Positions 58,493 to 64,000 of a stretch of 64,000 nt of DNA are shown piece by piece (the stretch's first letter is position 1; every line of letters starts with the position of its first letter). The stretch is from Sulfurospirillum sp. (GTDB lineage: Bacteria; Campylobacterota; Campylobacteria; Campylobacterales; Sulfurospirillaceae): positions 1 to 64,000 of the forward strand of contig JASFYR010000022.1 of the NCBI GenBank assembly GCA_045047115.1. Direction: 5' to 3'. The notes beneath the pieces are model-generated. The model ran no database searches and had not been told where the DNA came from. It saw only the letters and a program-made list of their open reading frames with translations. The translations under genes were made by a program, and so were the position numbers.

Positions 58493-59557
58493 CTACCTTT
58501 GTTGATTTGCGCCATGTTTAAATCCAAATGAACCGATAACAGACTTGATAATGGAACTGATAAAACTACTCCTCAAATCCTTATCAAAATCAAGAGGGCG
58601 ACAAGCCTTCATTGCTCCATATCCCAATCTTGCAAGCAGTATTCCGTTTGCTATGCCCTGTCCTGCTGATTTAGAAATCTTTGAGACTACAGAAGTGCTT
58701 GTCATGTCATTTGTCATTTCAGTTGTAAGTTCAGCTATACCTGCAAAAACTGTATTGAAAATACCCTGTTTTAACAATAAGATTGTAGCTATCTTTCCCG
58801 GTCTGAACCCATACAGTGTTGCTATATCTTTTGTAAGTAGCATACTCCTCCATGCTGTCAATGCCATATCAAGCAAAGAATAAGGAGATATGGCTGTAGA
58901 TAAAGCTCCCTGTATAGAGGCGTTTTGTATCATTTGTTTTGCTTTTTTATCTATGTCTGATAACAAGATAGTATCGATATCATTATAAATCTCTTTGTAG
59001 ATTTGTGAAGTATTAAGATTGTTTTTGATGATTTTTATTTTTTCTTTTAGTCCGGAATCTGAAATATTTTCAAAATGTTGTAAAAGAGCATAGGTTAGAG
59101 GAATTATATCTTTTGTAGGATTGTGTTTTTGTTTTTTAAAGCCATTTTTAATATGTTCGATATTTTTGATAAGTTTGAACTGCTTTATAGAAAAATATAT
59201 ATTTGATATCAATACAAACAGTAAAAACAAAAGCCCAAAAAGATAAATAAATTCTGAAATACTGCCTGATTTGATAATATTTTCAATCGAATTTATCGTA
59301 TCAGCTATTATAGCTACAACAATAAATGCAAATACAGCTAAAAATACACCCTTAAAAGAACTTAAAAAATTACTTCTGCTTTGTAATCTGGCAAAAGATT
59401 CGTCAATTTCTTTGTCTATGGTGATATCTTCATCAATATTAAGAGTTTTATCTGTTTTGACTTTAAAAGGCTTTGTCTTTCGTTTATTTTGGTCATCACT
59501 GCATTTTTTTGTATCTAAAACTTTTTTAAAAGGTTTTGTTTTATTATCGTCTTTCAT
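58493..59557 (-). CDS. ycjF: YcjF-family membrane protein
   Basis: Two TMs, TAISP..LLDM, LYGFRPG, GQGIANG.L.ARLG...CRPL; coupled to ycjX. Confidence 0.85.
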   Translation of the reverse strand: MKDDNKTKPFKKVLDTKKCSDDQNKRKTKPFKVKTDKTLNIDEDITIDKEIDESFARLQSRSNFLSSFKGVFLAVFAFIVVAIIADTINSIENIIKSGSISEFIYLFGLLFLLFVLISNIYFSIKQFKLIKNIEHIKNGFKKQKHNPTKDIIPLTYALLQHFENISDSGLKEKIKIIKNNLNTSQIYKEIYNDIDTILLSDIDKKAKQMIQNASIQGALSTAISPYSLLDMALTAWRSMLLTKDIATLYGFRPGKIATILLLKQGIFNTVFAGIAELTTEMTNDMTSTSVVSKISKSAGQGIANGILLARLGYGAMKACRPLDFDKDLRSSFISSIIKSVIGSFGFKHGANQQR

Positions 59558-60924
59558 AATAAATCTCCAATGATTGATTCTATTACTTTATCCATATACA
59601 GGTGACCAAATGGCTCTGTTTCTTTATACGGTTTATCTGGTGGTAAAAACTCTTCATATTTATAATCTTCAATATCCCAGGTTTTTTTATCTGGAAATGA
59701 TGGTGGCATTTCTCCAGGATATATTTCAACAGGTTTTTTGCTCACACTGTCTATGCCTCTTATGCAAGAAAGTATCTTTCCATTATGCTTTTCTTTAAAT
59801 GTCTGGGTGCATTTTACAGCTGCTACTATATGCGTATCAGTCTTCACATGTTTTATATCCATATCTCTTCTTATGTCTTCAACCATGCTGTTTAGCAAGG
59901 CAAGATAGTTGTTGTGTTGGGTGGAGGCTACCAAGTCTGCTTTTGTAGCCACAAATGAAACTTTGTCTATAGAAGGATTGAAAAACTGGCTTATGAAATT
60001 TTTATTTTTATGATTATAAAGCAAGAGCATATCTTTTACACCCTCTTTCATATCCTTATAGCACTTAAAACCGTTTTGTAGTGCTTCTATAACATCAATC
60101 AGGACTATTTGTCTATCAAATTTTCTAAAATGCTCCAATTGGATATTTTTGACTATGTCTTTGATGTATGTTGTGTATCTGTTCTTAAAAGTTTTATAAA
60201 GAGGTGATTTTGACACATAAATAGGTGCAAATAACAGCACAGGGTCATCCACGAGATCCGCTGGCATCAAAAAACGACCAGGAGTAAGTCTGGAGTAGTG
60301 TTTTTTTCTTAAAGCTTTGAGTGCTTGTAGATATACAGTGTGTAATTTATTTTCCAATTCTGCTCCACTGCTTTTATCAGTTAAATAAGTAATGGCTTTA
60401 AGATATTCATTTGTTATGTCTTCATCTATCTCTTTTAGCCAGGAGATAGTTTTTTTGCACCATTTGTCATAATCCAGTTTAAGCATAGAAATATCCAGTA
60501 TCCATTCACCGGGATAATCAATAATCTCTACTCTTTTTTTTGAATTTGGCATCACTGAGAATCTGCTTTTGATTTCAAGTTCTATGATGGTGGAAGTGAT
60601 ATTGTCTGTACCTTTTGGCCATTTTTGATCCTCTTTTATATCTTTTTCAAACTTATAATATTCAAATCTTTTTATAGTAGGTTTTGGTGGCAATAGTTTA
60701 CTTGTAAATGGTCTGTGTTTTACAGTAACATTGCCTATTTTTTTTTGATGAATGAGTTGATCTATAAGTGAAGTGATAAATACTGTTTTCCCTGATCTGC
60801 TTAGACCTGTGATGGCGATCTTTGTTGTATTTGTTGGGGTTGATATGCTGCTTATAGACTTTGTAAATGATTTTGCACTGTTTTCCAGTTTTGCTTTTAT
60901 GTCTCTAGTGGATTTTTTTAGCAT
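59554..60924 (-). CDS. ycjX: YcjX-family P-loop NTPase (start moved to ATG 60924 after AAGGA)
   Basis: ITGLSRSGKTVFITSL, DYPGEW.LD, PGRFL, FDRQIVL, ATKAD. Confidence 0.9.
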   Translation of the reverse strand: MLKKSTRDIKAKLENSAKSFTKSISSISTPTNTTKIAITGLSRSGKTVFITSLIDQLIHQKKIGNVTVKHRPFTSKLLPPKPTIKRFEYYKFEKDIKEDQKWPKGTDNITSTIIELEIKSRFSVMPNSKKRVEIIDYPGEWILDISMLKLDYDKWCKKTISWLKEIDEDITNEYLKAITYLTDKSSGAELENKLHTVYLQALKALRKKHYSRLTPGRFLMPADLVDDPVLLFAPIYVSKSPLYKTFKNRYTTYIKDIVKNIQLEHFRKFDRQIVLIDVIEALQNGFKCYKDMKEGVKDMLLLYNHKNKNFISQFFNPSIDKVSFVATKADLVASTQHNNYLALLNSMVEDIRRDMDIKHVKTDTHIVAAVKCTQTFKEKHNGKILSCIRGIDSVSKKPVEIYPGEMPPSFPDKKTWDIEDYKYEEFLPPDKPYKETEPFGHLYMDKVIESIIGDLL

Positions 60925-60996
60925 TTTATGAATCCTTTTATGGCTTAAATCCAATTTATTATAAATTCTTTTTTTCTTTATTTGTGGTGTTTATAT

Positions 60997-61725
60997 TTAA
61001 CAAATTGATATTCTAAACATCTCCAATGCTCTTTTTAGATCCTCTTTTGTGTCTATGCCAAAGCTTTTGCTTTCTACTCTTATCATGGCTATTTTTTTAG
61101 CATGATAGATAGCTCGTAGTTGTTCTAGTTTTTCTATGTTTTCCAAGGGCGAGGAGGGTAGGGAGCAAAACTCTCGGAGGGATTTTTTAGTGAAGCCGTA
61201 TATGCCTAGATGTCCGAAGTAGGCGTTGTGTTCCTCTCTGTCATAGGGTATCTTGCTTCTTGAAAAGTATATGGCGTAGTCATTTGCATCTGTGATGACC
61301 TTGACATAGTTTGGGTCTTTTGCCTCTTTTTTACCTATGAGTTTGTAGCAACTTGTCATCATTAAGTCTTCTGCGTTTTGTACTGATTTTGCTACTCTTT
61401 GCATAATAGCCTGCACAATCTCCGGCTCTAAAAAGGGCTCATCAGCTTGAACATTGATGATAATTTCATCTTCATTTAGATCTAGTTTGTTGGCGGCTTC
61501 ATTTATCCTGTCTGTTCCGCTGTTGTGTTCACTGCTGGTCATAACAGCTTCAAAGTCATAGTCTTTTGCCAGGTTTACTATCTCTTGGGAGTCCGTTGCT
61601 ATAGCTACTTTATCTATGTTTGAGACTGCTCTTGCGGTAGCTATGACCATTGGATAACCATTTATGTTTGCCAAAACCTTTTTTGGAAATCTATTTGATG
61701 CAATTCTTGCCGGTATGATTATCAT
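60997..61725 (-). CDS. kdsB: CMP-KDO synthetase
   Basis: IIPARIASNRFP.K, SGTDR, NVQADEP, YFSRS, EKLEQLR. Confidence 0.96.
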   Translation of the reverse strand: MIIIPARIASNRFPKKVLANINGYPMVIATARAVSNIDKVAIATDSQEIVNLAKDYDFEAVMTSSEHNSGTDRINEAANKLDLNEDEIIINVQADEPFLEPEIVQAIMQRVAKSVQNAEDLMMTSCYKLIGKKEAKDPNYVKVITDANDYAIYFSRSKIPYDREEHNAYFGHLGIYGFTKKSLREFCSLPSSPLENIEKLEQLRAIYHAKKIAMIRVESKSFGIDTKEDLKRALEMFRISIC

Positions 61726-61727
61726 CT

Positions 61728-63197
61728 TTAAGCCTTGATAAAGTCTAAAATCTGTTTTTCTATCTCTTGTTTGTCAATTATTTGGCTATGTATAACATTT
61801 TTATTAAAGAGTATGCTTATACTTTCTGGTACCTCTACATGTAAAGCTTTACTAAACTCCTTTAGCGCTATCTCATCACTATATATCTTTTTATCACTGT
61901 TTAACGAATTTAGCATAGTAGGGGCAAATTTTGTCCATTGTGCGGTTGAGCAGGCGATAGAAGGGAGGTTTAAAGTTCTTAATTTTTCATAAGCATTAAG
62001 GGTTGTAGCGGTGTGTGGATCCATAATATAGCCTTTATCGGTATACTTTTTGATAGTTTGTTTGGCAAACACATCATCACAGTAGATTGCATCAAAGTCC
62101 TCTCTCAGACTCTCCAGCTCACTTTTACTTAGCTTGTAAAACTTTTTCTCTCTCAGGTTGTCCATCAACTCTTTGCACCTTTTTGCTCCAAATTTATCAT
62201 ACAGAACTCTTTCTACATTTGAAGAGATGAGTATATCCATAGCAGGTGAAGTTGTCTTTAGAAGCTTTCTGTTTCGCAAATCATAAACGCCTTTATTTAT
62301 CAAATCACTCAAAATATTGTTGATATTTGAGGCTATAAGGATTTTTTTGATAGGTAATCCCATCTTTTTTGCGTAATATGCCCCTAGGGCATTTCCAAAG
62401 TTTCCACTAGGCACTATAGAATAAAACTCATCAACCTTTCTCTCTTTTAAGAGTGAGATATAACCATAGATATGATATATAATTTGAAATATAATTCTTC
62501 CAAAATTGACCGAATTTGCAGCACTTAGTTTAACATTTTGAATTTGTAGTTCATCTTTAAATGTTGGTGATGCCAGTAGAGTTTTTAGTGCATTTTGGGC
62601 ATCATCAAAGTTTCCTATAATTCCCAGCACTTTGAGATTTTTTCCGTTCTGCGTTGTCATTTGCAGTCTTTGAACATCACTCGTGCCGCCATCCGGATAC
62701 ATACAGACTACTTTTATATTCTCTTTGTTTGCAAATGTATCCAGTGTAGCCGGACCTGTGTCACCACTTGTTGCAGCCAGTATCAGATAGTTTTGCTTCT
62801 GTTTTTTTGCCAAATCTGAGAGTATGTAACCAAAAGGCTGAAGTGCCATATCTTTAAAAGCTTTTGTAGGTCCGTGATAGAGTTCATTGATGTAGAGGTT
62901 ATTTTCTATCTTTGTCAAAGGCACAGGATTTTTTGGATTTTCAAATCTGTCATATAGAGCCAAAGCCTTATCTATAACATCATTATCTATATCTATATTA
63001 AACTTTGAGAGCAGATCTTTTGAAAATTCCTTATAATTCTTGTTTTTTGCATTTTCAAAGAAGTTTTTATCTAGTTTTGGCAACTCCTTTGGCGCATAAA
63101 GTCCGCCAAAGCTGGCTATCGGATTTAAAATTGCATAAGAAAATTCTACCTCTTTTGGTTTTTGTCCATCATTTCCTCTGGTTTCTATAAATTTCAT
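61728..63197 (-). CDS. thrC: Threonine synthase
   Basis: ELYHGPTKAFKD, ATSGDTG, NSVNFGR, PSGNFGN, DPHTA. Confidence 0.96.
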   Translation of the reverse strand: MKFIETRGNDGQKPKEVEFSYAILNPIASFGGLYAPKELPKLDKNFFENAKNKNYKEFSKDLLSKFNIDIDNDVIDKALALYDRFENPKNPVPLTKIENNLYINELYHGPTKAFKDMALQPFGYILSDLAKKQKQNYLILAATSGDTGPATLDTFANKENIKVVCMYPDGGTSDVQRLQMTTQNGKNLKVLGIIGNFDDAQNALKTLLASPTFKDELQIQNVKLSAANSVNFGRIIFQIIYHIYGYISLLKERKVDEFYSIVPSGNFGNALGAYYAKKMGLPIKKILIASNINNILSDLINKGVYDLRNRKLLKTTSPAMDILISSNVERVLYDKFGAKRCKELMDNLREKKFYKLSKSELESLREDFDAIYCDDVFAKQTIKKYTDKGYIMDPHTATTLNAYEKLRTLNLPSIACSTAQWTKFAPTMLNSLNSDKKIYSDEIALKEFSKALHVEVPESISILFNKNVIHSQIIDKQEIEKQILDFIKA

Positions 63198-64000
63198 TTT
63201 ATCTTTGTTCCTATTCCATCTTTTGTAAATATCTCCAGTAGTATAGAGTGTTCAACTCTGCCATCTATGATGTGGGCACTCCCAACTCCGCCATCAAGCG
63301 CATTGAAACAGGCATCAGTCTTTGGTATCATGCCGCCGTTTATGATATTTTTGTTTTTTAATATGGTAATCTCATCCTTGTTTAGGGTAGATATCAACTC
63401 TTTATTTCCGTCCAATATACCTGGTGTGTCAGTAAGAAAAACAATCTTTTCAGCATTTAGAGCAACAGCAATTTTGCTGGCAGCCAAATCAGCATTGATA
63501 TTGAATCCCGGATGATTTGTGCCACCACTTGCGATTGGAGCGATGACTGGGATAAAATTTTGGGCTACCAAGTCTTCCACTACCTTTTGATCTATTCTTG
63601 TGATTTCTCCAACAAGTCCGTATTTGTCGCTATTTAGTGCTTTGGCTTCTATGAAATTTGCGTCTTTTCCTGTGATTCCGATAGCCTTTGCACCGTGATA
63701 ATTTAGCAGATTTGTTATCTCTTTATTGATATTTCCACCAAGCACCATCTCTACTACTTCCATCACACTCTCGCTTGTGACTCTCAGTCCATCAACAAAT
63801 TCGCTTTTCACCTCTAGTTTGTCCAGTAGATTGTTGATTTTTTTGCCACCTCCGTGTATGATGACAGGTTTTATGCCAACAAGATATAAAAGAACTATAT
63901 CTTGTGCAAATTTCTCTTTTAACTCAGGATTTTCCTGAGCCGAGCCTCCATATTTTATGACAACAGTTTTTTTGTTGAAATATTTTATATACGGCAGAGC
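63194..64000 (-). CDS. argB: Acetylglutamate kinase (partial, 5' end beyond window)
   Basis: Frame stays open to the window edge: ALPYI...VIKYGGS...HGGG, GLRVT, NINAD, GGMIPK. Confidence 0.95.
   Translation of the reverse strand, partial: ALPYIKYFNKKTVVIKYGGSAQENPELKEKFAQDIVLLYLVGIKPVIIHGGGKKINNLLDKLEVKSEFVDGLRVTSESVMEVVEMVLGGNINKEITNLLNYHGAKAIGITGKDANFIEAKALNSDKYGLVGEITRIDQKVVEDLVAQNFIPVIAPIASGGTNHPGFNINADLAASKIAVALNAEKIVFLTDTPGILDGNKELISTLNKDEITILKNKNIINGGMIPKTDACFNALDGGVGSAHIIDGRVEHSILLEIFTKDGIGTKIK

Noticed and set aside
1167..63938. Many 60-270 aa ORFs antisense to or nested in recognised genes (e.g. 14338-15141, 10681-11280, 53492-53980, 52642-53073)
   Set aside because: Shadow frames of well-supported genes; no motifs, and composition typical of reverse-strand translation.
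1..64000. CRISPR array, rRNA, tRNA, IS/transposase, integrase or prophage
   Set aside because: No repeat-spacer pattern, no such protein motifs, and intergenic gaps are short; a tRNA or ncRNA scan was not run.

Overview
AT-rich (roughly one-third GC by eye), gene-dense chromosomal segment of a Campylobacterota (epsilonproteobacterial) bacterium, most plausibly a free-living Sulfurospirillum/Sulfurimonas-like organism (inferred from gene content and order). In order: (1) 1-11 kb, a glycan locus with rmlB-D-C-A, a PglK-type flippase and a UDP-GlcNAc dehydrogenase on the minus strand, divergent from pglB - WecA/WbpL-type transferase - PglF-type dehydratase; the minus-strand half carries degenerate 7-nt tandem repeats, some translated in frame. 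(2) 11-23 kb, core operon nadK-recN-REC/REC/GGDEF-tatD-mltD-rlpA-hisB-kdsC-lptC-lptA-yihA-argA-like-mreD-like-mrdA. (3) 23-36 kb, ybeY, metG, two different class I FBPases, mobB, slt, yggT, gltX2 and a ZorA/ZorB-like (MotA/MotB-type) pair with no effector genes. (4) 36-46 kb, a Crp/Fnr regulator coupled to a kinase-less double NarX/PilJ-domain membrane sensor, a Crp/Fnr-type box, napAGHBF-orf-LD and a Fur-family gene. (5) 46-53 kb, phasin-like/AarF kinase/HD/chalcone-isomerase-like operon, trmA, ilvA, pfkA. (6) 53-61 kb, two c-di-GMP phosphodiesterases (heme c-HD-GYP; HAMP-PAS-EAL with a secreted rhodanese) and ycjXF. (7) kdsB, thrC, partial argB. I found no rRNA, tRNA, CRISPR array, transposase, integrase or phage gene. 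Best candidates for undescribed systems: the kinase-less nitrate sensor plus Crp/Fnr plus box controlling nap, the heptamer repeat arrays in the glycan locus, and the rhodanese-EAL sulfur-sensing pair. All calls come from motif recognition by eye; no database searches were run.
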